A stretch of 64,000 nt of DNA, taken from assembly GCF_009914755.1 (NCBI RefSeq), contig NC_060925.1, one strand, 5' to 3'. The DNA comes from the human T2T-CHM13v2.0 reference genome, Homo sapiens. A program made the translations under genes and the position numbers. The notes beneath the pieces were generated by a model. The model worked only from the letters and a program-made list of their open reading frames with translations, did no database searches and was not told where the DNA came from. Below, piece by piece: positions 37,286 through 49,581 of the stretch; positions within the stretch are counted from its first letter, which is position 1, and each line of letters opens with the position of its first letter.

Positions 37286-38029
37286 TGGGTGTACTAATAT
37301 CTTTTCGAGACCCTGCTTTCAGTTCTTTTGGGTGCATACTGATAGATGGAATTGCTGGGTCACATGGGGATTCTACATTTAATTTTTTAGGAACCATCAT
37401 ACTGTTTTCCACAGCGGCTGTGCACCAACTCTTTATTTTAATAAACCTTCTACCATGTAGAAGTGAAATAAATGATCGTATTTAGTAATTATCATTTTTT
37501 TCTCTACAATTTACCTTATCTAAAAAGGTAGGATTTTCCATTTTATTTCCCATTTTTGATGTGACTTTGCCTAATTTTGTAATAGATGATTTTAAAAATA
37601 TGTTTTGTCACCATAGAATAGAATTTTTTTTTCTTTTTCTTTTTTTTTTGCAGCACAAACAGAAAAACCAAGAGCTTCTACCCCTTGGTCTTGAAATAGA
37701 AACAAAATGAACAAACCCATTTCAAATTAGGAGAACAAGAGAATTGAAATAAGAGATCTTTTCCTCCATAATAGCATTTCTTGTTGTCAGACCAGCTTTA
37801 CAAAGTAGCCTAACATGTGATCTAAAGAGGAACGTGCTGAGGTAGGCCCAGGAGAAAAATCCCAGGAAGACAAAGGCCCTGTTATTTTTATGGTGCAATT
37901 TAATACACATGAATAACTTTGAAAATTAGGTGTTTTTCAAAACAGCTTTAGTCTGTTTCTAATATATAAGGAAAATAACTTTCTTTTGTTTTATGCTACC
38001 TAAGTGTGTGGTGTCTATCCAATATGTTA

Positions 38030-39110
38030 CTAGGGTACATGTTCACTGTAGCTATTCATGATAGCCAAGATATGGAATCAACTTGAATGTCCAAGAAAAC
38101 ATGGTACATATACACAATGGAGTATTATTCAGCCATCAAAAGAATGAGATCCTGTCATTAGCAGCAACGTGGATGGAACTAGAGGCCATTATGTTAAGTG
38201 AAATAAGCCAGGCACAGAAAGGGAAATATTGCATGTTGTCATTTGTATGTGGGAGCTAATTTGCACTATGTAGACATATATCAAAGCATCACATTGTACA
38301 CTTTAAATATGTACAATTTTTATTTGTTATGCATCAATAAAGCTGGGATTGGGGATGCGATGGTATAAAAACTAACTCTCCTCTCTACTTGTGCAAGTGC
38401 AAGATTCTCATCTGGACAGTTGTCTTCAGACTTTTTTGTGTCCTCCTCAAGAATGTTTAGCCTCTTACAGTTAAAAAAAAAAAAAAAAGCTAAATTCGAG
38501 ACTATGTTTGGGTTTCACCAGTTCTTACTCATGTTGATTTCACGGAGGTAGAGAACTGAATGATGGTTACCAGAGGCTGGGGAGGGAAGCGGGAAGGGAG
38601 ATGAAGAGGGGCTGGTTAATGGGTAGAGACACACAGTCAGAGAAAATGAATCAGTTCTAGTGTTTAGTAGCATGGTAGAGTGACTGTAGGTAACAATAAT
38701 TCATCATATATAGTTGACCCTTGAACAACATAGGTTTGCACCACTGAGTCCACTTATACGCAGATTTTCTGGAACCAAATGGGAAGGGAACCAGCAGTGT
38801 TCTCAGGATGTCAAACCTGTGTGTATAGGGAGGGCCGGCTTGTCCTATGCTTGGGTTCCACAGGGCTGACCGTAGAACTTGAGTATGCACAGATTTTGTT
38901 ATATGCGGGGGTCCAGGAACCAGCTTCCCATGTATGCTTCAAAATAGCTAGAAGAGAAGATTTGGAGTGTGAAGAAATGATCAGTGTTTGAGGGAATGGT
39001 GTCATAAACCCTGACTTGATCATTACACATTGTATGCAGGCATCAGGACATCATATGTGCCCTGTAAATATGTACAGTTATATATCAATAACAAGTAAGT
39101 AAAATTAAAA
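38030..39110 (+). mobile_element. L1MA-like 3' end, interrupted by a templated insert (38259-38532) and a MER8-like Tigger MITE (~38710-38930)
   Basis: tggatggaactagaggccattatgttaagtgaaataagccaggcacagaaa...; tagttgacccttgaacaac TIR. Confidence 0.65.
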
Positions 39111-39303
39111 CAATAACTTACTGGGGTAGCAGTCAGATTTACTTGCTCCAAATAGATTTTACTTTGCTTCTGATATGCTACTAGAGAAAGTTTACTTTGA
39201 AGTAGTGTATTTGTAAGCAACCCAGCTGCAATGAAAGGAGGTATTTCCATTAAAATATGACAGCATGACTTACAGAAGCCTTTAATTATAATTTACCATT
39301 TCT

Positions 39304-39580
39304 GGCCAGGCACAGTAGCTCATGCCTGTAACACCATCACTTTGGGAGGCTGAGGCGGGATGATTACTTGAGCCCGGGAGTTCAAGACCAGCCTGGGAAA
39401 CAGGGAGACCCCTGTCTCTTAAAAAAAGAAAATCAAAAAATGAGCCAGGCATGGTGGCTCACACCTGTGGTTCTAGCTACTGAGGAGGCTGAGGAAGGAG
39501 GATGATGAGCCTGCGCAGTTTAAACTGCGCCACTTCACTCCAGCCTGGGTGATAAGATTATGTCTCAAAACAAAACAAAA
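39304..39580 (+). mobile_element. AluJ
   Basis: Forward diverged Alu. Confidence 0.8.
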
Positions 39581-42239
39581 AGGCCACATCACATTGTACA
39601 CTTTAAATATAAACAATTTTTGCTTGTCAATTATAACTCAATAAAGCTGGGGCAGGTAGGGGACACGGCAGTACAGTAAAAATCCCTCACCTATCTGCTT
39701 GCACAAATGCAAGCAGATTTCCATCTGGGCAGCTTTTTTCAAACTTTTGGCAGTTGCATCCTCACAACTGCCTTATTACTTAATTACATAATATTTAACC
39801 CCTTATGCTTAAAAAAAAAACCCACGAAACTACAGACTTCATCAGTCTTTGCACTAATGTCCTCTTGTTGAGGAAGAATCTCCTTCAGGGTGGGACGATG
39901 CACTTAGCAGTCACATCTCTGTGGCCACAAAGGCTGCTTCTCATTTATACCGGGAGAAACGTTGCCAGCACAGCTGCTGTGCAGGCTTAAGCAAATTGTT
40001 TTCACCCTGTGAGCCTCAGGCCTCTCTTCTATAAGATGAGAAAACACCCTTGTTTGGGAATATCTAATAAGATACTGACATGAAAAGGCCTTATGAACGC
40101 AAAAGCGTGACACACCTGTGTGTTCTCTCGGTGCTGCTGGGATGTGCGTTTGCTGAATGTGTGTCATCTACAAGCTGGTCAAGGATGGAAAATGCCTTCC
40201 CTCCTAACATTCAGAAGGGAATGAAAACCCTCTTTCCTCCTGGAATACAGAGGAGGAAAGAACTTCATCTTTACACCCAAGCCAAGGCACCAGAGATTCT
40301 TGACATGTTCAGATACGACTTGGGGATCATAAAATGTTCAGGAAACCCTGCAGGACTGACTTACAGTTTTTTTTGCCTATAGTTTGTGGGCACCCGGGGC
40401 CCAGCCACCCCATCGCCTGGGCAGCAGGTGCAGGTCTGAGGCCTCCGGGCCCACCATCCCCCAGGCCTTGGGAGATGGCTGTGAGAACACCCCCTTCAGT
40501 TAAACTGCACCCAGGATGCCAGCCCACCCAGCTGTGAAAGCCCCTGGGAGGAGGGCTCATGGCGGGACATCCCTGTGGAAGCTGGCAACTCAAGGGACAC
40601 AGTGACATTTGCTTTCCTCAGGAAATTGTGTCTGCTCCTCCTCCACCTGTACCCCTTTGAACAGACAGCAGCTCCATGAAAGTTCTCTTTGCAGTGGATT
40701 CCAGCCAGGAATAGGCAAGGTCCATGGCCAGCCACTGCATCCTGTGGCCTCCCGTGGTGTGAAGGACACCCTGGGCACAGTGCCTCCGGAAGCTCTGTAG
40801 TGTGAATATCCCACTGTCTTCAACAAATACGTTGCAGGGAAATAAGGAACAACAGGGGTCCTGTGAAGGAGGCAGAAAATCCAGCCTGAAGGCTGGCAGT
40901 GGTGTTTGGAGATGCAGCGGAGCAGGCAGCAGTGAAGAGGGTCAGGAGGGCAGGCCACTCCTGGAGGCTGTGGGGGCATTGCTTCTCCCAGGTCCAGGAG
41001 GCCCTGCAAGGGGCTGGCCAGCACAGCCATCTTCTCTGCACCCTCCACGGCCCTGTCCGGGAGGGGGTGGGGCACGTATTCGAGCACACACAATGCACAC
41101 ACACTTCTGCATGGCTGGGGCAGCTCAGGGCCAAGCTCCTGGTGGGGGAGTGGGCTCTCCTTCCAGCCTTTCCTTTCTCCCTGGTGCTGTGGACTGAATG
41201 TGTGTCCCGGAGATTCACACGTTGAAATGCTCACCCCCAAGGTGACAGGATTAGAACGTGAGCTTTTGGAAGTGATCAGTCATGAGATAAGGCTGCAGAA
41301 TGGCATAACCGTTACTCCAGAGACCCCTCACCCTCCTTCTGATTGAGGACACATGAGAGATGTTGGCCATTGCCCGGAAGAGCCTGAGGTACGCTGTGAG
41401 GACACATAGAGGCCTGGCACTGGATCAGGGATGGGGCGAAGCCTGGAGGCACAGAGCAGATTCTGAGCACCCCCATCTTCCCCACCCTCCCTCCTGCCAC
41501 AGCCTGAGCTGTCCTCCTGGGCCCAGCTCCAGATCCTGCCCGGCCGGCCCCTTCTTTGGCTCCCTGGTGCTGGTAGCTGGGGCCCTGTTGGCAGCACACC
41601 GCAGGATAAATGCCCCCAGGTGCGGGGTGCAGGGTCCCGCCTCACATGCCGTCCTGGCTCCCTCCTCCCTCCATGGAGGCCTCTGTGGGTAGAGACTCGG
41701 CTCCTCCTCTGGACCTGGGCCCTCCATGGAAAGGCACAGGGCTCCCACTGGGTGGCCCTCTCTGGCTGCTCTTCCCCCGTTGGGGCCTGCCCAGTGCCCG
41801 GTCCACACTTCTTCCTGGCCAGGGCCGTGGGGACAGGGCCAGCCCCTCTTGGGTATGAAGCAGGGTGCCATCAGCATCCCCTCCCCAGGGCTGGTCCCTC
41901 CCCCCGGTCAGGCTGGGTTCTCACAGGACACTCCTGTGCTCCCATGTAAGGATGACTCTGAGACCCAGCTGAGTGTTCCAGGAGAGCCCCCGGGTGGGCA
42001 GTGGCCTGGGCCTGGCCAAGCAGGGTGCACCAGGCTCCTGCCCCCATCCCTCCACCGCTGGCCCTCAGGTGGGTCCTGGGTCCCCTCTGGGGGCAGTACT
42101 GGGGCTGCCTCAAGATCCATCCTGGGCTCCTCTTGGGGTGGTCCCTTGTCTCCCTCAGAGCCTTCCTGGGTCCCCCAGGCTCCTTCCTGCCCCACATGCC
42201 AGGATGCTGGTTTGAAGGGGAGAGTAGGCCAGCTACGGC

Positions 42240-42665
42240 CCCTGGCCCGCATCACTGCTAAGGACATGGGGTCCCCCCATCCCTGGCTGTGGTCCCCAGC
42301 CCGCATCACTGCTAAGGACAAGGGTCTCTCGGTCCCTGGCTGTGGGCCCTGGCCTGCATCACTGCTGAGAACACAGGCAACCCTGGCCTCCATCACTGCT
42401 GAGGACACAGGGTCCCCCCGTCCCTGGCTGTGGCCCCCGGCCTGCATCACTGCTGAGGACACAGGTGTTCCCTGTCCCTGGCCATGGCCCCCGACCTTCA
42501 TCACTGCTGAGGACACAGGTGTCTGTTCCCCATCCCTGGCCGTTGCCCCCTGGCTGGCATCACTGCTGAGGACACAGGGTCCCCCATCCCTGGCTGTGAC
42601 CCCTGGCCTCCATCATTGCTAAGGACACAGGCATTTGTCCCCCTCTCCCTTGCTGTGGCCCCAAG
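42240..42665. repeat. Minisatellite, ~8 copies of a ~54-bp unit with core CATCACTGCT(G/A)AGGACA
   Basis: Cores at ~42250, 42304, 42357, 42391, 42445, 42499, 42558 and 42611. Confidence 0.9.
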
Positions 42666-42714
42666 CATCTGCCCTTTGCCTCCCACAGGGCCGAGGGTGA
42701 AACTGAATCCGGGA

Positions 42715-42840
42715 CAGTGACACCCGGGCTATTTTGGGGCTGGGCTGGGCCGGCCTGGCCGGCACAGGGGGTGGGGTGGGGGCGGGCCCAGGCTTCTCCA
42801 GCTGACAGTGTCCGCCTGTCCTTTTGTCCCCGTCCAGTTT
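42715..42840 (+). promoter_or_regulatory. OBSCN: OBSCN proximal promoter
   Basis: MEF2-like ctattttggg 42729, GC/GT boxes 42767-42786, E-box CAGCTG 42799 overlapping MEIS-type TGACAG, Inr CCAGTTT with A at 42836. Confidence 0.7.
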
Positions 42841-42977
42841 GAGGAGCGGCCGGAGTGTGGGCTGCTGGTAGGCAGCCTGCTGGTCCTGGGCCCTCGGAGG
42901 GAGGTGAGACCCGGCAGCCCCTGCCTCCCAGCCTGTGCCCCCAGCCTGCGTGCTGCCCAGAGCCCCCATAGAGAGAG
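42836..42977 (+). other. OBSCN: OBSCN non-coding exon 1
   Basis: Inr at 42836, no ATG, donor GAG|gtgagg at 42977/42978 (second donor GAG|gtgaga at 42903); consistent with my recollection of the mRNA 5' end. Confidence 0.7.
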
Positions 42978-44411
42978 GTGAGGAGACAGAGCCGGGCAGG
43001 GTGGGGGCTGTTCTGTGCCCTGGAGGGTGGCTCCACTAAAGGTCATGTCTGGGGAGTGGGGAAGCCTTCAGGGTCTGGCCACAGTGCAGCTCCCTGTGGC
43101 GGGGCTGGGGTTCCAGCCTCTGCTCCCTCTGAGCCCCGGAGCTGGGCTGCTCACATGGGGATGGAGCCACTAGGCTGGCCTGGGGCTGCGGGGTAGCCGG
43201 GGCGGTGCCCTGCACCCACCGTCCCCTCTACCCCGGAGTTGACCCTTGCTCAGAGAGCGGCCTGGGGGTCTGGCTGGCCCTGCCCCCAGCACTGCTGAGA
43301 TAGATGCCCGCTGACAGCTGGGGCTATTTTAGGCCTGTTGGCTCAGCAGAGGGGACAGCCAGAGGGGCGCTGACACCTGACTCCAGGAAAAAATTTCCCC
43401 AGAACGCTTGAAGCCTCCGGTGGGGTCTAAGGTGAAGCACAGCCCTGGGGCGCTGCCCTTGGAACTTCATGCTGGAAGGGCACGGGAGCACAGGCTGCCC
43501 AGGTTGTCTGTCAGTGTAGGGGTGGGGAGGGCCAGCGAGGTGGCACCCTGGGAGCTGCCTCCCACTCTGGACTCTTCCCTGTGATGGTCCCGGGCCCCTG
43601 GAAGACCAGAGTGGCAAAGTTCTGCAACAGTCAGGGTGGAGGGGCTGCTGAGGGGTGGGCGGCTGTGGGTGGGGCCTGTCACCCGGGGCATGGTTTGGTG
43701 GGGGGGGGGGGGCGTCCCACAGCGTTGGAATGAGGCCTCAAGGGGCTGAGGAGCCCAAGTGTGGTCCATGGTGGGTAAAAGGCTTTCCTGGGAGGCTGAA
43801 GTCTCCCCCTCCTGGGGAAGCTCGTGGGGTGCCCAGACCCAAAACGTGGCAGAGAAAAAAGACAGCCTCTGCAGATGTCCCAGTGCCCGATGGATTCCTG
43901 GGAGCCCCACGGGTGACCGTGGTGGCCCCCTTCCTGCTCGGCCTGTTTCTTCATCTGTGATACGGGTTGTCAGGGAGGAGGATGACTCCTGAACCCTCAA
44001 GTGTCTTTGCTTGGTGAGCCCCTCTCTGGCCCTAGGCCTGCTGACCGGTGGGGACGCCTCCTGATGGGGCTGCCATGAGCCCCCCAGACCCTGCAGTCGG
44101 CCTCCTGGGCCTGCACCAGGCGACAGAATGCAGGGCTATAGTGCCGTCCCTGGCAGCTGATGAGGACCTCAGTCTCTACCCGCTCTTCCCAGGCCAAGGT
44201 CAGCCTGTGCACCTCTGTCCCTTCAGCACAGGCAGTAACGGGAGCTCCCTGACCTGTCCCGGTCCTCTAGGCCCAGAGAGGCTACCCACACATGCTGCCT
44301 CATCTGTTCCACTGTGACCCTGGCAGGGCCAGCTGGGGATCTGGGTGTGGCAGAGGTTGGGGGAGAGGATGCCCCGTTCTGCTTTTGGGGAACCCACAGA
44401 CCTGCTATATG

Positions 44412-44783
<372 letters not shown>

Positions 44784-46575
44784 TAGCCCTTTTGAGTCCT
44801 GGGAGGAGCCCATAGAGGCAAATTCCCAGAAAGGGTGAAACTCGGACCCCGGTCCCTGCTGTGGGCAGGCCCCTGCCCAGGTCCTCCCCAGCCCCAGAGC
44901 CCTGCTGTGGGTGGGGAGGCTGGGCTGCAGCATAGGTGCTGCCTGCACAGTGAGTCAGCAGACTGGTGCCCGCTGCGCAGTCCAGCCCTGCTCCAGCCTC
45001 AGACTGCCCAAGGGGATTAAGGGGGATTAACTACCTGAATCACAGGACCAGGAGGAGGGCCTGGGAACGTTGCCCTGGCTCAGCCCACAGTGGGCAGCCC
45101 AGGCCCAGAAGCTGGTGGCTCTGGCCTGAGAGAGAGTACAGGCGAGGTGCCCTGGCGGGGGCCTCTCCACCATGGGGTGGTTGTGCCTGCCAGGGCTGGA
45201 GGGAGTTAAGGCGCCCCGGGCCAGCCCAGTGCCAGTGGGGCCCACTCACACCCGCTGTTCCTACAGAAGAGCTGCATAGGCAGGGTAGTGTCAACCCACA
45301 CCATCTATATGGGGGGATCTGTACTGGGGCGGCTGGCCTGCTGGGCTCCGCCTGGGGTGGTCAAAGGACAGCATCACCTGGGGCCTTTGGCACTGGTGTC
45401 CACCCTCAACCCTGCAGCATGTCCAGCTGGCCAGTGTGGCTGAGAACTGTGGGGTGACCAAGTTGGGCCTGGCTGACCCAGCCCAGCTGGTCTCAGCCTG
45501 GAGGTCTCTAGCCCTTCCAGGGGGATGTTACTGGCCTTGCCAGCTCCAGACTCTGGGGTCCCCCAGCTATGCTCCCAAGCCAGATCCCTGACTGTGCCCT
45601 GCCCTTGCATCCCAATCCCACCCTGGGGCTCAGTGGAGGGGCCTGGGAGCAAGCAGCTAAGTGGTTTCCAGTCCTTCCCGCTCATGGATAAAGAGCATGC
45701 CCCTGGGGAGGAGGGAGGTGTGTGACCCTGCAGAAGAGGTGAGGCCCCTCTGCAACAAGGGCAGCTTCAGGCCGGACTGGCCCCTCAGTGCAACCTGGAG
45801 GGGCTGCTGAAGGAGAGCTGCGTAGGGGTCGGGGGGAAGAGGAGGGAGTAAGGGCTTTGCCCAGGGCAGAGGGTGCATCTCACCTAGAAGAGGCTCAAAG
45901 GGGAGCCTGCCAGGGTGGAGAACCGGTGACCTCCTTGTGCGATAGGCAGAGGAGACGGGCATGAGACCGGTGCCCATGGTGGGCCTCCTGCACCCAGGCC
46001 TGCCGGGGCTCAGCGAGCCTCCCCTTCTTGATGTGGGGGACGCACAGGCCAGCTGAAGTTTTAGGCCCGAGAGGCAGCAGTGTGTGGGGTAGGAGAAAGG
46101 ATACCACCCCGCAGGTAGGGAGTGGCCTACAGTGCACCAGGCAGGTCTGCCTGCCTCAGGAAGGTGCAGCAAAGCTTGTAGGCTGGGAGGAACCAAAAAT
46201 AGCGGGCACTGCGCGGGAGGGGGCCCTGCCTGGTTGCTAGGGGGTGTAGGTTTGGGACATGTGCTCCAGTAACTGCAGCTGAGGCAGTGGGTCCCTGTAG
46301 GTAGGGAGAGGGAAGGAGATGTTCTCAGCGGCTAGAAGAGCCGTTTGCAGGTGAGGTTACCAAACCCCAAATGCCCAGAAAGGGGCAAGTCTGCACTTCT
46401 GGGTCACGGTGCCAACCGGTGATGCTTCCTCAGGGCGCGGGGAGTGGGGGGGAAATAGGATGTGTGGAGGTGTTGAACTGGGTTCCTCAGGCGGCACGGT
46501 GGGGTGCACCCGGGCCTCATTCCAATCCCCACTAAGGCCATCCCCACCTACTTGCAGGTCCCCGCCGCCACCGTC

Positions 46576-47563
46576 ATGGATCAGCCACAGTTCAGCGGGG
46601 CGCCCCGCTTTCTCACCCGGCCCAAGGCCTTCGTGGTGTCGGTGGGCAAGGACGCCACCCTCAGCTGCCAGATCGTGGGTAATCCCACGCCACAGGTGAG
46701 CTGGGAGAAGGACCAGCAGCCGGTGGCGGCCGGCGCGCGCTTCCGTCTGGCCCAGGACGGCGACCTCTACCGCCTCACTATCCTGGACCTGGCGCTGGGC
46801 GACAGTGGGCAATACGTGTGCCGCGCGCGCAATGCCATAGGCGAGGCCTTCGCTGCCGTGGGCCTGCAGGTGGACGCGGAGGCCGCGTGCGCCGAGCAGG
46901 CGCCGCACTTCCTGCTGCGGCCCACGTCCATCCGCGTGCGCGAGGGCTCAGAGGCCACCTTCCGCTGCCGCGTGGGTGGCTCCCCGAGGCCGGCAGTGAG
47001 CTGGTCCAAGGACGGGCGGCGCCTGGGTGAGCCCGACGGCCCCCGCGTGCGCGTGGAGGAGCTCGGCGAGGCAAGTGCGCTGCGCATTCGGGCGGCGCGG
47101 CCGCGCGACGGCGGCACTTACGAGGTCCGCGCCGAGAACCCGCTGGGCGCTGCCAGCGCCGCCGCGGCGCTAGTGGTGGACTCGGACGCCGCGGACACGG
47201 CCAGCCGGCCCGGGACCTCCACGGCCGCGCTCCTGGCGCACCTGCAGCGGCGGCGCGAGGCTATGCGCGCCGAGGGCGCCCCCGCCTCACCGCCCAGCAC
47301 CGGCACGCGCACCTGCACGGTGACTGAAGGCAAGCACGCGCGCCTCAGCTGCTACGTGACCGGCGAGCCCAAGCCCGAGACGGTGTGGAAGAAGGACGGC
47401 CAGCTGGTGACCGAGGGCCGGCGCCACGTGGTGTACGAGGACGCGCAGGAGAACTTCGTGCTCAAGATCCTCTTCTGCAAGCAGTCGGACCGCGGCCTCT
47501 ACACCTGCACGGCGTCCAACCTCGTGGGCCAGACCTACAGCTCTGTGCTGGTCGTAGTGCGCG
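46576..47563 (+). CDS. OBSCN: OBSCN exon 2 coding part: obscurin Ig1-Ig3
   Basis: Acceptor ttgcag|gtc at 46557/46558; Kozak gccaccgtcATGG; [46 protein letters not shown]...DSGQYVC; three I-set Ig domains; donor G|gtgagc; 988 nt. Confidence 0.97.
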
Positions 47564-48232
47564 GTGAGCTCCTGGGTGCGGGGCGCGCGGGCCCAGGCTC
47601 CTCCGCAACCCGTGCACCTGGGTCCTTTCGCCCTTGCGGTCTGCCGTTTCCCACCCGCGTCTGTCCGGTCGTGGAATCCAGGGTTGCAGGTGTCCGTTCC
47701 TGGTGCGCAAAATGCGGGCGACGCCCCACGACCTATCCTAAACTCCCGCAACCCGCTTTCCCCACCCAGTCCCCTGCCCGCCCCGCCCCCTTTGCATGCC
47801 GCGCCCCCAACCCGCCACCGCTGGCCCACAGACAGGGGCGAGAGGTGTGAGAGGGGCGGGGCCGCAGGGGATCCCACCTCCTCAGCCCCGCCCTCTCCCT
47901 CCCGCTGCTCCCAACCCAACCTCCACCACTCTGCCTTCTGCTCTTCTACTCCCCCGCCCCCCAACTTCCTGTCTCCTCCCCTGCGCCCTTCCCAACCCTT
48001 AGCCCCTCTGCCTCCTGCTCGCTCCTCTCCCCAGCCCACTCCTCTACCCTGCACCCTCTCCTTTCCAGCCTCCCAGCCCCTCTGCTCCTGTCCCCTATTC
48101 CTTCCCACACCCTCACCTCTGCATCCTCCAGTCTCCTTTCCCGCCCACAATCCCCCAATTTCCCCCTTCCCACCCCGCCGTCGTCCTGCACCCTCCGGCC
48201 CCGCCCCTCTCACCAGTCTTCTCTCCTGGCAG

Positions 48233-48502
48233 AGCCCGCGGTTCCCTTCAAAAAGCGGCTGCAAGATCTGGAGGTGCGGGAGAAGGAGTCGGCCACGTTC
48301 CTATGTGAGGTGCCCCAGCCGTCCACTGAGGCCGCGTGGTTCAAGGAGGAGACGCGGTTGTGGGCGAGCGCCAAGTACGGCATCGAGGAGGAGGGCACCG
48401 AGCGCCGCCTGACCGTGCGCAATGTCTCGGCCGACGACGACGCGGTGTACATCTGCGAGACGCCAGAGGGCAGCCGCACGGTGGCGGAGCTCGCAGTCCA
48501 AG
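48233..48502 (+). CDS. OBSCN: OBSCN exon 3: Ig4 (GC-AG donor)
   Basis: ggcag|[29 protein letters not shown]...DDAVYIC...LAVQ; phase-1 join to exon 4 requires AG|gcaggc; 270 nt. Confidence 0.92.
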
Positions 48503-48965
48503 GCAGGCGGGGCGGGGCACGGGGCGGGGCACAGGGCGGCTTCGGGGAGGTAGCGGGGGCAAGGAGGCACCGAGAAGGGAGCCGGGGGCGGGGGAGGGGG
48601 GAGCCAGGCCGCACGGGCTGGGCGGGCACGGGGGCGGGCAGGGTGCGGACGGACTGGGCTTGCGAGGTACGAGTTGGTCCTGGGGCAGGCAGGGGCGGGA
48701 CTGGGGCGGGAAGGGCAGGTAACGTGGGGGCGGAGGAGCAAGCTCGGGCCGGGCACGGGGTGGTGATTAGGGGGAAGGGGAGACGGAGTGGGCAGGGGTC
48801 TTGTGGGACCGAGCTGGGACTTGGGCCGGCGGGACAGGTAAGGGGTTGCGCGGGGGAGTGAATCGGAGGCAGTTGGGAACCGGGAGACAGGGGGCAAGCG
48901 GAGGAGCGAGTCTGGAGCGGGGCGTGCAGGGGCTGGTCTGACTGGCCCGGCTCCCTCCACCCCAG

Positions 48966-49226
48966 GAAACCTCCTCCGAAAGCTCCCTCGGAAGACGGCG
49001 GTGCGCGTGGGCGACACGGCTATGTTTTGCGTGGAGCTGGCGGTCCCGGTGGGCCCCGTCCACTGGCTGCGGAACCAGGAGGAAGTGGTGGCGGGGGGCC
49101 GCGTGGCCATCTCCGCGGAGGGCACGCGCCACACACTGACCATCTCCCAGTGCTGCCTGGAGGATGTGGGCCAGGTGGCCTTTATGGCTGGCGACTGCCA
49201 GACGTCCACCCGGTTCTGCGTGTCGG
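48966..49226 (+). CDS. OBSCN: OBSCN exon 4: Ig5
   Basis: cccag|[26 protein letters not shown]...FCVS; donor G|gtgagg; 261 nt. Confidence 0.95.
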
Positions 49227-49581
49227 GTGAGGGCCTGAGGGTGCTCCCAGGATGGCATCGCTTCCCTGCTGTCTCCCTGGTCCCAGTCCCCTGCCCTCCA
49301 TTACCTCAGCTCTCTGGGCTTCAGCCTGCTGTACCGAGGGCCGCCGGGCAAGACCATAGCCCTGGCCCTCCAAGGTTAGGCTCCCTGAGCCCCCGCGCAG
49401 TCTTTCAGCTGCAACCAGAGAAGTGGCTGCAGGTCTGGGGCTGGAGGTTGTGGCCAGTGGTCCAGGTCCCCAGAGCAGCCCCAAGAGAGCTGGGGATCCT
49501 GTGACACCCCTCCAGGTGATTCCAGACCCAGGGCTCAGGAAGAGGCTCCCAGTAGTTGACCTCTGCCCACCCTCTACACAG

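Larger units (their letters stand above)
46540..49230. promoter_or_regulatory. Intragenic CpG island over OBSCN exons 2-4
   Basis: Dense CpG and high GC. Confidence 0.85.

Noticed and set aside
41726-42622. 298-aa ORF with ITAEDTG repeats upstream of OBSCN
   Set aside because: Explained by GC-rich sequence plus the minisatellite; the frame shifts between units and there is no domain or splice support.
42240-42665. Repeat-spacer appearance resembling a CRISPR array
   Set aside because: The intervening segments are homologous to each other, there are no cas genes, and the DNA is human; this is a minisatellite.
46357-49209. Long antisense ORFs (183, 325 and 302 aa) over OBSCN exons 2-4
   Set aside because: Expected shadow ORFs of GC3-rich coding sequence and low-complexity introns.
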